Source: Mytilus edulis (taxonomy: Eukaryota). From it: a stretch of 64,000 bases of DNA. Positions 27,045 through 39,847 of this stretch are shown piece after piece; positions within the stretch are counted from its first letter, which is position 1, and each line of letters starts with the position of its first letter. The stretch is taken from NCBI RefSeq assembly GCF_963676685.1, contig NC_092353.1, forward strand, positions 51,026,001 through 51,090,000. The letters are read 5' to 3'. The position numbers and the translations under genes are program-made. The notes beneath the pieces are model-generated. The model ran no database searches. It was not told the origin of the DNA and saw only the letters and a list, made by a program, of their open reading frames with translations.

Positions 27045-30000
27045 AATGAATGAATGAATACTTTATTTGCAAGAAGCATATACATGCTATGGCAAACGAA
27101 AATATATACAATATATGACAAACAAAAGACAGCAGAGAACAGTAGTTACAGAGTATACAATAATATTATGACAATATATGCGATCTAATTTTCCAAGCTG
27201 CATTTAAATAGTTACATAGTTTTACTGTCAGAGATTTAGAATGAGCTTGTAATTAATTATCTAACTTGTGCCGATTTGGCCAAGAACAGTAGAATAAAGG
27301 TAAAAATTCTATACGCACAGATCTATACGCTGGACATGATAAAACAAAATGATACTCGTCCTCTAAAACATTCATATTACAACACATACAAATTCTGTTT
27401 TCTCTTTGAGTATTTAGATAACGACCAACTTCAACATTTAATTTAAGTGTGCCGCTACGTAGTTTTGTTAATATAGATACATTACAATGAAAATCTAAGT
27501 ATTTTTCAAAACCAAATTCTAGTTTATATCGTTTATAAATACACAGTTTATTACATTCTTCTAAAGCTGTATTCCAGCTTTGTAAAAATTGATCTTTAAT
27601 ACCTGTTTTTATACAATCAAATGATAATTTACTAGTATCTTGTGAAATCCATACATCATAAAATCCAAGGTTACATAACATTTTTTTTACGTTAGACGCC
27701 CAATTAATTTTACCATTATTTGCATCTTTGTACAAAAGTTTATAAATTTCATATACAATATGAGGTTTATTAGTTACAATATGAATCCAATATTTCAGGA
27801 TTTTATATTTTCTCAAAATATGCAATGGCAGGTGCCCAAGTTCACCATATAAAAAATTTGTAGGGACTTTTTTACCAAGTTTCAAAATAAATCTACAAAA
27901 TCTATTATATATAAGCTCTATATCACCAGCACGATGAAAACCCCATATTTCAGACCCATAACTTAAAACGGATCCAACCATACTATCGAATAGGAAAATT
28001 TGTTGTTCAGTAGTCACATATATTTGTTTCAATGAATTTATTAGTGAAGATAAAGCTCTTGATCCTTGTTGAGATAAACGCTTTTGAGTTTGTAAAAATT
28101 TTCCATTATAGTGGAGCAATACACCGAGGTATACATAGGAGTTCACAATTTCTAATTCTCTGTCGTTGTAATAAAAACGGTTTACCACAGGCCTCCATCC
28201 ATTTCGGAAAACAACAACTTTTGTCTTCTCCGTGTTTACTTCTATGTTCCATTTATTACAATATAGTAGTAATTTATTCAGTAAATGTTGCAACACATTC
28301 GTTGATTTTCCAAAAAGTACGGTATCATCAGCAAATAAGATCAAATATATTAAAAATCCATTTAGAGACACGATGTCTTTATCTGTTTCAACGGAAATAT
28401 CTTGAATATTGTCGTTAATAAAAAACAAAAACAGCAAAGGCGATAAAGGTTCCCCTTGTTTTACACCAAGAAAATTGTCAAACGCATCTGACAGCACTCC
28501 TCCAGATCGTACACGAAGACGCACTGATGAATATAAAGTTTTAATAATAGAAACAAATTTGTTACTAATGCCATTCTTTAGCAGTTTGTATATCAAAATT
28601 CTTCTGTGTAGTTTATCAAAAGCCTCACGAAGGCACAAAAAAGCTGAAGCTTTTGTACTAAAACATGTGATATAATTCCATGCAGTGTAAAAATGGCGTC
28701 AACAGTTGAACGACCAGGACGAAAACCAAACTGATTGTCTATTAATTTCTCTTCGTCTTCCGACCACGACAGCAAACGTTCCGTTAATATGCTAGTAAAT
28801 ATCTTAGAAAGAATGCTCACCAATACAATCGGCCTGAAATTGTTAGGGTCTGACAAATCACCGCTTTTGGGTACAGGGATAACTATACATTCGGTCCAAT
28901 TATCTGGATATATTCCATTGTCAAACATAGAGTTGAAAAGAATTTTAAAAATAGGCGCAAAGAAAAGAGGATTCGCAGCTAACATTTCACCAATTATGTC
29001 ATCATTTCCCGAACTTTTGCCAGTTTTAAGTTTCTGTATAGCTTTTATAATTTCATCTTCTGTAATTTCTGAATCGAGAATATCAATACTTATTTCACCA
29101 ATGTCGGTATTGTTTAATAAATGTAAAACTTCATCACAAAGTTCTGGTGGGTTCGATCCCAAAATATTTTCGAAATAGTTCAACATCTCATTATTTTCAA
29201 CTAAACATTTTGATCTGTTTTTCGGTTTTACAGCGGACCAAAACTTTCTAGGTTCCCTTTTTGCAATATTGCAAAGTTCGATTCCTTTCCTTTTCTTGAA
29301 GTTAAACTGTGCATTACGTTTGACTTTATTAAATTTGTTTCTAGTCGTTATATATGAATGTCTATTTGTATCTGTCGGATGACGCATATAAAAATTTCTA
29401 GCAGTGTGAAATTCTTTTCGTGAATTTGCGCATTTCTCGTTAAACCATTCGTTATTTGGTCGTTTAACATATATATCGTCTCGAGATAAAACAGAGTGTC
29501 CAAAAACTTTATATGCACTTTCATAGATAGTTCGGGTTATCTCCTTCACTGCGTTATTAATATCAATTTCGGAAGATAGATCATTCACCAAACTCAAGAG
29601 GCTGTCACGATGAGACTGTAAAATTTCAATATACTCATCGCACTTATTGTTGTTCCATTTAATGAATTTATGGACTCGGGGGAGGTTTTGTTGACGAATA
29701 ACAGATAAGTCTAGTTCGAAGTAAACAGGCATGTGATCAGAAAATTCGTTCATAGGTAGCACTTTAAAATCATTGATTAATCTACATTCGCTCGGGGGCA
29801 CTAGTAGGTAGTCATTTACACTTCTTCCTTAGGCTGTACAGAACGTAAAATTACCATTTTTGTCATTACAAAGCCTGCCATTGGCTACAACTAAACCCGT
29901 GTTAAAACACATTTGTAATAGTTTACGGCCAAATGCATTAACTGTTTTGTCCATTGAACTTCTGTCAGAAATAATGGGGTTTACAACGTGCTCAACACTT

Positions 30001-30501
30001 TCGACATATTTATCTAGATCGTCATTAAGTAAAAAATCACTTAATTCACCTATGCGGCTTTTTAAATCTCCACATACCAAAACAATACCTTTATCACTAT
30101 AGTTATTTACAATACTTTCAATAATATCGTGAAAATCTATATCACATAATTGGTAATAATTAGATCTTTCGTGTGGTACATAAGAAAAACAAATAAAAAT
30201 ATCTTTATCAGTATCAAAGAAACTATGGTCAAGTTTTAACCGAATAATACCATCATTTAATTCTTTTTCAACAATAATACCGTTACATAAAAAACTCTTA
30301 CAAAAAACAGCAATACCTCCTTCATTTCTAGTACCTATATTTTTATTACGAAATACACAAGAAATTCTGTCAAAACCATCTATAACTAACAAGTTATTAT
30401 CTTTTAACCAAGTCTCACTGAGAAATAAAATATTATAATCATTTATTAAGTTCAAAAAGTCATTATCTTTGTAGACTGAAGTTAAACCATGAACATTCCA
30501 A
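27045..30501 (-). mobile_element. 5'-truncated non-LTR retrotransposon (L2/CR1 group), APE endonuclease + RT, inactivated
   Basis: APE motifs WNVHGL, LSETW, GD and SDH; RT motifs FRPI, QFGFR, GVKQG-PLSP and LFADD; C-terminal CxxC..EDEYH..C. AATAAA plus (ATTC)n 3' tail at ~27045-27068. TSD CATGGTG at 27038-27044 and 30502-30508. Confidence 0.92.
27166..30501 (-). pseudogene. LINE ORF2 broken by a stop at 29829-29831, a frameshift near 28640 and a stop at 27253-27255
   Basis: Track ORFs 29829-30512 and 28593-29801 share one frame separated by a single TAA. ORF 27253-28638 continues past its TAA as LQAHSKSLTVKLCNYLNAAWKIRSHILS* to 27166. Confidence 0.85.
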
Positions 30502-30973
30502 CATGGTGGCAATATGTAATTAATTTATGTATTTTATTGATTTGTTCAACATATAGAATTATTTAAGTTTCAAGTCTCCATTATATTTTAACAAAAGTAA
30601 TTGAATTAATCAAAGCTTTAAAAAAAAGTGGAAAACTGTTAATTAAAATCGATCAGATTTTTTTTTATCATTTTAAGAGATATTTTTTTATTTTATTCCT
30701 TTAATGCTGTCAACAATAATTAGTCAATTTTTATGTATATATACTAATTTATATATAAAAATAAAAAATAATTTATATATAAAAATCAAAAATGATAAAA
30801 AAATGATTGAATCAATAATGAGTTTGACTGTCCCTTTGGTATCTTTCGTCCCTCTTTTGTTGACTGTCTGATAATTTTTTTTATTTGTTTTAATCATCGA
30901 GGACGTGGGTTGTTCCGTTTGTCATGTCGGAGTCCTTTATTCATTGATACATGGCATTGTTTTTGGTCATTAC

Positions 30974-31328
30974 CAATGACCGTATGATGATCTAGAGTTG
31001 CTTCCATTCACGTCATTTGACATCCCCTTATTTAGTGTAGTAAGTGCGGTAAATGTTACACATTCGAAATAGGAATGCCAACATGGATATATGTTAAGAA
31101 CGGTAAAATAGAATGGTAGACGATTACATAAGGCGGTCCTCATTTGGACAGTCACAACAATAGTTGACTGGGAACATCATACGGATAAAATCTCAGCCCT
31201 TTCTTACCTAGAGAGTGGTTTCACATCATTACGACTATATTAGTATGCAAAAGTGACCCGGAAGACACAGAGATTTTACAAAAGCTTATATGACGAACAT
31301 ATCGTTGTAAAATCAATTTTGCGCTCAT
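30974..31328 (-). pseudogene. Possible degenerate BIR-like first exon of an IAP-like gene
   Basis: MSAKLILQRYVRHISF...*NHSLGKKGLRFYPYDVPSQL/CCDCPNED/...CWHSYFEC loosely follows BIR RxxSF...GFxY...CxxC...H..C order. Donor G|GTAATG at 30973. Needs a stop and frameshifts. Confidence 0.3.
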
Positions 31329-31839
31329 ATAGTAATAACCTGTTCTACTTAAGCATATAACATTAGAGAATAGGATATGAGGAAATACATCTGCTTTGTC
31401 ACAAAATTGATTAAGCTGCTGAAAAAAAGCGTTATAATTCTAATCAAACGAACTAAAAAGATGGGGCATTTCATGTACATACAAAAGCTACCTAAACTAA
31501 CGACAACAACAACCTTCAGTTAAAATGAATAATATATCCGACATGACTTGATATACACTTGGACTGTATTATTTGCCTTCATCATAATAAAAGGATTTGA
31601 TAAACATACAAGTTTAGATAAGCAATTAAAGTTATCTTTAGCATCAAAAGAAATGTAATATGTGCTATTTGTTGTGTCTTTTCAATAAATTTATCTCATT
31701 TTATTTCTTAAGCATTTCCCCACCTGATTAACATCGATAAATGCTAGTGTGACTTTTTACATTCTTAAAAAAACTTCATGTAATGTATAAGTGACACAAT
31801 TAATCTCAAACAATAGGTTATCAACTACGATGAAACGAT

Positions 31840-32908
31840 TTTTGTCGAGCCTGCAACTTTTGTTGCAGAAAGCTCGACATAGGGATAGTGATCCGGCGGC
31901 GGCGGCGTTAGCTAACTTCTTAAAAGCTTTATATTTTAGAAGGTGGAAGACCTGGATGCTTCATTCTTTGTATATAGATGCCTCATGTTACGAAGTTTCC
32001 GTCAGTCACATGTCCAATGTCCTTGACCTCATTTTCATGGTTCAGTGACCACTTGAAAAAAAAGTTCAAATTTTTTGTAATGTTGAATTCTCTCTTATTA
32101 TAAGTAATAGTATAACTATATTTGATATGTGCGTACCTTGCAAGGTCCTCATGTCTGTCAGACAGTTTTCACTTGACCTCGACCTCATTTCATGTTTTGG
32201 TGGTCAAGTCCATATCTCAGATACTATAAGCAATAGGGCTAGTATATTCGGTGTATGGAAGGACTGTAAGGTGTACATGTCCAACTGGCAGGTGTCATCT
32301 GACCTTGACCTCATTTTCATGGTTCAGTGGTTATAGTTAAATTTTTGTGTTTTGGTCTGTTGTTCTCCTACTATATGCAATAGGTCTACTATATTTGTTG
32401 TATGGAATGATTGTAAGGTGTGCATGTCTAGCGGGCAGATGTCATGTGACCTTGACCTCATTTTCATGGTTCAGTGGTCAAAGTTAAGTTTTTGAGTTTT
32501 GATCTTTTTATCTAATACTATATGCCATAGGTCAACTATATTTGGTGTATGGAAATATTTTATGATCTTTATGTCAGTCGCGCAGGTTTTATTTGACCGT
32601 GACCTCATTTTCACGGTTCATTGCACAGTGTTAAGTTTTTGTGTTTTGGTCTATTTTTCTTAAACTATAAGTAATAGGTCAACTATATATGTTGTATAGA
32701 AGCATTGTTAGCTGTACATGTCTGCCTGGCATGGTTCATCTGACCTTGACCTCATTTTCAAGGTTCATTGGTCTTTGTTTAGTTATCTTGGTTAATGTTA
32801 AGTTTATGGTACAGTTGTTATAACGCTTAGCTTTTTACTTAGGACTATCAACATAATATCAATGATTAGTATAGAAGGCGAGACATTTCAGCGTGTGCAC
32901 TCTTGTTT
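31840..32908 (-). mobile_element. Helentron-associated (HINE/pearl-like) non-autonomous element with an internal ~147-bp tandem array
   Basis: Terminal hairpin tgtcgagc-ctgcaac-tttt-gttgcag-aaa-gctcgaca and a (GGC)n microsatellite. ccttgacctcattttcatgg recurs at ~32021, 32303, 32450, 32598 and 32744. Other end ...ctcttgtttt in a T-run. Confidence 0.75.
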
Positions 32909-33904
32909 TATGTTGTGTTTTGAATAAACTTACAACCAGCTGTCAGTTTTTTTACTGTGTGTCAGATAACATATCCACACACTATAGCATGCAGTCGTGT
33001 TATTAGCCAGTCAAATTTATGTTATCAAGTTTTCCTTAAGATTTAAGATTAAAAACCAATGTATTACAGCAGTTAAATTGTTGTTAAACTGTATCCATAG
33101 TTTTACAATAAGATAGGTGATACGATCATTACACTTTGTAAAAAATGAAATTGGTTTTTATAACAAATAGTAAAACAAGTGATATTGAAATGATCGTTAA
33201 ATCGTCATTTCTAAAATTATAAAAAAGTATGTATGGTTAAGGTGGTATGGGTGTCTTTTGATATCTTTGACTGTAAATAACAGAGAACCTATAAATATTA
33301 ATATTTTAACAAGCTAAGACTATTTTTGCTTGACTTGTACTTTTTTTTTAAATTAGCATTTTGAAAATTGCGATAAGATATTTTGATATGGAAATACACA
33401 AAGCAGCATAATGTAAAAAGTGGTGAGTCCTTACTTTTGTAAAGAAAGAGAAAATTTAAAGTTGTAAAAAAGAACTTTTTTCATTAAATTTTAAAGTGAT
33501 TGAAGTCATTTGATAGTTGCCAAGTGGTCTTACTCATCCAATACATTCCAGTAAGACAAAGTAATTGTGAGAAAATAAGGGATGAATAAAACTAAAATAT
33601 TTCCGTACTAATATTAAAGTTTTTGTACAAAAGGTTACCTGTGTACGTTACTTTATTTAACGCAATTTTCCCCAGGTTATAGTTGTCTTTTGACATTGTT
33701 TGACATATCGTTTATATATTGTGCCAGAGATCAAATCCTTTTGTTCAGTGTAAGTTAAATTTTTTTGATAGTATTTCTGTTTGATAAAGTTTAGCCAAAT
33801 CAGTTGGTATTTTATAGTGTGCCTTTTAATATTGTTACATTATACTACTTTTCATGTTTGTTTGAAGGTAGGTGTTAGTTAATGTGGTTCACAAGTGTTT
33901 CTTG

Positions 33905-35070
33905 TTTCTCGCTTCATACCTTCTAAAAGACAAAAAGAAAAAGCATCTTGCGAAATTCTTTAATTCTTTTACTTTCAGATATATTGATGATGTCCTATCA
34001 TTGAATAACCCAAATTTCAGCAAATACTTAGTTCTCATATATTCCAGTGAACTTGAAATTAAGGATACTACTATACTATAAGGACGGCTTCATATCTTGA
34101 GTTTTTCCTCAATATTGACATAGATAGACGACTTAACACTAAAAGCTATGACAAAAGGGACGATACCAACTTCCATTATCAATTTCACATTTCTCCGCGA
34201 TAATATACCCTCTGCCACATCGTATGGTGTTAACATATCTCAGTTGAAACGCTATGTTCGTGCATGTTCACACCATACGGACCCCAAATAGAGGAGGTTG
34301 CTCCTCACGCAAAAATTGCTCCAACAAAGTTATGAGGAGGAAAGATTAAAAATGACACTCCGTAAATTTTATGGACACCATCACGAATTGGTTGATCCAT
34401 ACGATGTGGCTGTGTCTAAACTAACTTAGGACATGTTTACCTCGGCCTTGCTGGTGGACGTTTTGTCCTCGAGGGTATCACCAGCTCAGTAGTCAGCACT
34501 TCGGTGTTGACATCAATATCAATTATATGGTCAGTTAAATAAATTTCCTTTTGACAAAACTTAAAATTATTAGAAAAACTAAGGATTTTCTTATCCCAGG
34601 AATAGATTAACTTAGCCGTATTTGGCACAACTTTGTTAAATCATGGGTCCGTAATGCTTTTCAACTTTGTACTTGTTTGCCGTATAACTATTTTGATATG
34701 AGCGTCACTGATGAGTCTTATGTAGACGAATCGCGCGTCTGGCGTATTAAATTATAATCCTAATAATAATAGTTATCAAAGGTACCAGGATTATAATTTA
34801 ATACGCCAGACGCGCGATTCGTCTACCGTATTAAATTATAATCCTGGTACCTTTGATAACTATTAACCTCGTCTAAGATTGTGATTTATCATTTACGTTG
34901 TCTGGTCTTTTAAGTACCGAACATGAATTATTCCCGATTATGAATGTTTTCCTGAGTGTGAATTCGCATTACTATGAGACGTTCACGGTACTTGTTATCC
35001 AACATTCATGTATTAAGTTCTGATGTTGTATTCTGTGATTCTGATCGGATATTGTTAAATGTCTTATCGT
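33905..35070 (+). mobile_element. Penelope-like element RT C-terminal half plus downstream region (interrupted by a retrozyme at 34445-34865)
   Basis: FTFRYIDDVLSLNN...IYSSELEIKDT/...SYL...YDKRDD.NF/...NIPSATSYGVNISQLKRYVRAC...KFYGHHHELVDPYDVAVSKLT*DMFTS. No GIY-YIG follows the RT, consistent with an N-terminal-EN (Naiad/Chlamys-type) layout (inference). Confidence 0.8.
34445..34865 (+). mobile_element. Retrozyme family B1 insertion with TSD ACCTCG; hammerhead at 34700-34745 (A15.1>U)
   Basis: Reverse complement of the 16596 unit. ACCTCG at 34439-34444 and 34866-34871. HHR gagcgtca CTGATGA gtct-tatgt-agac GAATC GCGC GTC tggcgt. Confidence 0.85.
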
Positions 35071-35925
35071 TTGTAGTTGCAAATCTACCTTTTTTTCTAT
35101 TCGTATGTAAAATTAAAGATAGTCAATCACGCAGTTCATATCTAAGACTTTAAGGAGCTTATGATAGCAATGCACATCATCAAAAACGTTTTACTTTTTG
35201 AATGTACAACACAATGTGACATACCCATGTTCCATAATATTTTGATAGCATATATCATCCAAAGTCAATGAGGTTAACACATTGAGGTTATTATTTTACC
35301 TGTATTATAAAACCAGTGTACATAGTAGAATAATTTATCAGATCAAACTTTTGTTATAGACTACCTGTAATCGTATCCCAGATTAATTGTGTTATTAAGT
35401 TGATTTACAGATATCAAATCTGAGCCGGATCACCCCTACTCAAACCAGATTGAGTTTCTTTGTTTTCCATGCTTTCCTTTGTTCTGTTACATTTTGGCGG
35501 GAATGTCATATTCATTTTAAAATTTATAATTATCTATACTGAAAAGACTATCTATCAACATTTATGTAGAAAAAATCCAGTGTCTATGCTGGGACGAGTT
35601 GCCAGAATTTTATTCTGTGGGGTGTTAACCTTTTTTTTTTTTTTATAAATAAGTGAGTTGTCAGACTGATTGTTCAATGGGATCTAACTTTTTTCAAAAG
35701 TGATGCAAGTTGGTAAACAAGTGTGGGGCGATGTTTTAGAACGTGTCAATTGGTCAGTGGGGCGAGTTGATATGGTTTTACCTTTAATCGTCTTTTCGGG
35801 GGTCATAAAGGGTATATATTATGTAGTAATATATAAAGTATATTATAATAATTGTGGGCATTCTAAATTAGACTTTATGAATTTTAAATTGTTTTTCGTC
35901 TAGTCTTAAACAGCTGGGATGTAAA

Positions 35926-36029
35926 ATATTTATCCCATTTGGACTTGGTGTCAGTGTTAGATCACCCTCTGGCTTCCGACCATCGGGGTGATCTTACACT
36001 GTCACACCGCGTCCTCATGGGATAAATAT
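35926..36029. repeat. ~104-bp fold-back palindrome
   Basis: atatttatcccat..ggac..ggtgtcagtgt.agatcacc pairs with ggtgatct.acactgtcacacc..gtcc..atgggataaatat. Confidence 0.8.
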
Positions 36030-36655
36030 CACTAAAAGCCGTTAACCGATTTTGGTATAATATAATATGTGTGATTATTCCTTATTACTTAAAATGCTAA
36101 ATGTTTGGAATGAACATATATGAACGTAAAAGAGCTTTACAATTAAAACTATAGTATGAAGTCATTTGATATTTTAAACCATGTAAGTATATGTATGTTA
36201 AGGTTAGCAAAAAAGTGAAAAAACACGTATATATATGAGTATAAAAACATCTAGAACATATACATGACATTTGCCAATCTTATAAAAGAGTTATGGGATA
36301 TGCAATAGATACACATTAAAACATGATGTTAAATACAATTTAATGGTAAAAAAACCTTTGATAAATTAAATACACTAACAAAACAGTTTGCGATATGTGT
36401 TTCATTTTGATTTCAGAACTTAAATAATCCTACTTTAAATCTTATTCCTGTGTGTTGCTGGATACTTAAGGCATGCCTTGTTTTTTCTCTCCATATTTAC
36501 TATTATAATGAATATGAAATAAAGGCATTCGATGACGTTTTGATCTGTATCTTTAAACCAATGTAGTCATTTCAAATAAAAGCTCAAGAATTAAATGCTC
36601 TTTGCATTAAAATACTGCATCTTTTTTCGATATAATGTGTCGCTTCGAATTTCCA

Positions 36656-36831
36656 TCATTTACCCAAGCAACAAATTTCACAAGCGTTTTCTTGATCCAG
36701 ACATTTATGACATATTACATGAATACCACACGCTAATTTTCTTTCAAAGGTCGTAGATCCGCAATAAATGCATTTCTTGGTGTTATAGTCCTTAATACTT
36801 GCTAGCTTGGCCAACGGAACATTTAAATTTG
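36656..36831 (-). CDS. Terminal exon encoding a divergent RING-HC finger
   Basis: Strong acceptor ttttttctcttccAG (36833-36832). Phase-1 frame NLNVPLAKLASIKDYNTKKCIYCGSTTFERKLACGIHVICHKCLDQENACEICCLGK* = CxxC-CxxH-CxxC-CxxC. Confidence 0.65.
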
Positions 36832-39800
36832 CTGGAAGAGAAAAAAATAATGAACGTCAAACAAATGATGAAACAGATAAGCAAAAAAAATTGTTTACTA
36901 TATGTCTGAGTAAATAATATTAAGATAATATATAACAGTACTTACATCTGTTTGCTACTTTAACCATATTGAATTAAACTTTACATTCAAACAGATAATT
37001 TGCGTACATTCGAAATTTATAGAGAGTTTGTATATGAGAATGCCACTGTCAATCAATTCGGAAAATAACCATTAAAACGTGCTACATTAAACGAAGTGTT
37101 TTTTCATTAGTTGGTCAAAAATATCTTTTCAGATTAAAAAAAAAAACGCCCACCAGATCAACTATACCAGGTTCTCAAATTTGTCGCAAGCTTTTGTAAT
37201 GGTTCAGTGCATTTCGTGATAAATATATTTGTGTACGTTAAATTGTTTAAATGAAGGTATTTAAATAATTTTAGTAGTTTAACCCGAACAAAACTTATCA
37301 ATAGAATAATTTTACCTCTACTTTGATACGATATTTTATACATTATTCTTATGTTCTGTACGTGGACGATATTTAGCACTCATGAAAAGGTAAAAAGAAT
37401 CGAGGCAGCAAATCACGTGTTTCCTCTACAATTTTATATATGATTTTTTTTGTATAACATTTTGACATTTATTACCGTATTTTAAAATGCATCTCTTAAT
37501 TTATTCTATATATCAGTATAATCCTTTTGTTGTACTGTAACACCACTGTCCAAGATAAGAGGAAAATTAGGCGTTGATGTGTTACATACAAGGTTTTCGT
37601 TCATTATTTTACACATAAATTAGGCATTTAGTTTTCTCTTATGAATTGTTTTTCATTTGTCTTTCGTGGTCGTTTATGGCGGACTATGCGTTATGCACTT
37701 TGTTCATTGTTGCAGGCCAAACAGTAACCTAAAATTTGTAGTCTTATTACTTGTGGTAATTTGTGTCGTTGGCAATCATACCACGTCTTCTTTTTTAAAT
37801 GTTTAAATATCTGGTTTTTTTTTGTTAGAAAATGTTTAATCATAAAAGATCATTGTTTAATATTAGATTAGGAAAATAGATTGAAATAAGAATCTTCACT
37901 TCCTTTGAAACACTTGAAAATATGTTGAATTTCCTCACGCTCGTATTTAAACTAATCATGTAGAAGATAGCGGAAACACTCGCTGTAATTGTTTGAACAT
38001 GCCCTAGGTCAGGAATCTGATATTCATAAGTGTTTCTCGTTTTTTTTTAATATAAATTAGACTGTTGGTATTCCCGTTTGAAGTTGTTTTACACTAGTAA
38101 TGTTCGGATCCTTTATAGCTTGCGTTGAAGACCGTACTTTGGCCTATAATGGTTTACTTTTATAAATTGTGACTGGGGTGGAGAGTTGTCTCATTGGCTT
38201 TAATACCACATCTTCTCATAACTAATTAAGAAGTATTCATATAATAACAAATAATTTTCATGACTGTATTCATTTCTTAATCAAGCCAAAAAAATATAAA
38301 ACCAGCACGGTTAATAAAATATTGTTGTGCTTGTGCTTAATACAGAGAGCAAAAATTCATATCTTTTCTCAGTTATAAAATGGCCATTTAAAACTATATC
38401 ATGGTACCTTGTTATTATTTAATCGTTATTTAGACAATGGTATGTTAAATCAAAAAGCCTATTGCCGGAAGTTCTAAGTATTCATTTAACTAATACTTTT
38501 AAAAACTGCACACAGTTCTTTATTGCTCTTTTATCAAGCATAAAAACGCGGAAAAATTTAATTTTTGGTGCTTGTACTTCACACTTTTACCCATAGACAG
38601 TCAACATTGATATCTTTTCTCGGTTATCAAATAGCCATTTAAAGTATAAATCATGGAACGCTGATTAAACGATAGACAAGAGTGTGTTAATTAAAAAAAC
38701 CTGGCGTATCAGAGAAATATATAAAAAAACCTGGTTAACAGAAAGAGCATTTGACTCTATGAAAAAATTAAATCATGCTCTCAACAGAACCAAACCCCGT
38801 GAAATATCATGTCCACATCAATGTTTAGTTATAAACATTACGAGGACATATATATTTCATATAATACATACTTTAAATGACTGCATATTAGGGGGGGATT
38901 CGAAAAATGTTGATGTATTCAATAACTAGATTCATATTAATTATGCGATAAAACTATCGTTTAAGTACATGTTTTTTTTCGAATAATTCATTATTTTATT
39001 AACAATGAATTAATAAAAAATTAACATTTAAATGATATTTTGTAAAAACTTAAAACTGGCTTAGTGAATTTCATGGTGAAAAATACCCACTTGCAGTGAC
39101 AGAGACTAGTTGACAAAATTGGAAGATAAATCAAATACTTAGTTCAAGACTATATAAAAGGTAATGTAGCAAACAGATTTACCAGATTTGACTGGGATAA
39201 TCTATTTCTGGGGTAGCCTTTTTTATTTAATGAAATAGAAACTACTATTCATTACTTTTTTTCTTATTTTAGTTGAGAACTATTTTTATATTTAACCCAT
39301 TAATGATTAAACAACACCGTGTATACTAACCTAATTAACACCACATTGTTGATAATATAAATGGTTATGTATTTACTAATCATAAAACAAATCACTTAAA
39401 TAACATACAATTTAAACTGCAGACCGAACATTCGTAATGTAACTACAATGTGTAGGTCTAGCCTTCTCTTGACAGATTTACCTGGCGGTTTCTAATTTAT
39501 ACGAATTAGCAAACAGAATCCTTAGTTTTATACAGATTTACAGGTTTATTAGGAGAGTCAGTACCATATAGAGGCTGAATATTGATAATGGACAATTACT
39601 ATCAGGTAAAATAAAACATATAAAAAACAACCTAAAAACGTTGCTGGCTTAATTGATGAAACTGATTTTAGGAACAATAAACATACCGTAAAGGCATATT
39701 TATAATGTGATGGAAAGTTTCTAAGGAAAAAATAACTCTTTTCCATGTTTCACAGAGATTCCTGTTACATCCACTCGAGTTACACTTGTGTTTTACGTGT

Positions 39801-39847
39801 AAGATAGATTGACAAATACAATGTATCCCTTCCGGGTGATCACAACT

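Noticed and set aside
28032-30102. Plus-strand ORFs of 80-147 aa
   Set aside because: Antisense shadows of the LINE ORF2.
34870-35070. SECIS element downstream of the Penelope ORF (some Naiad elements encode Sec)
   Set aside because: Could not identify a convincing AUGA...AA...GA kink-turn stem by eye; SECISearch would be needed.
38280-38720. Old diverged ~250-bp direct duplication
   Set aside because: Real but unremarkable; no coding or structural signal.
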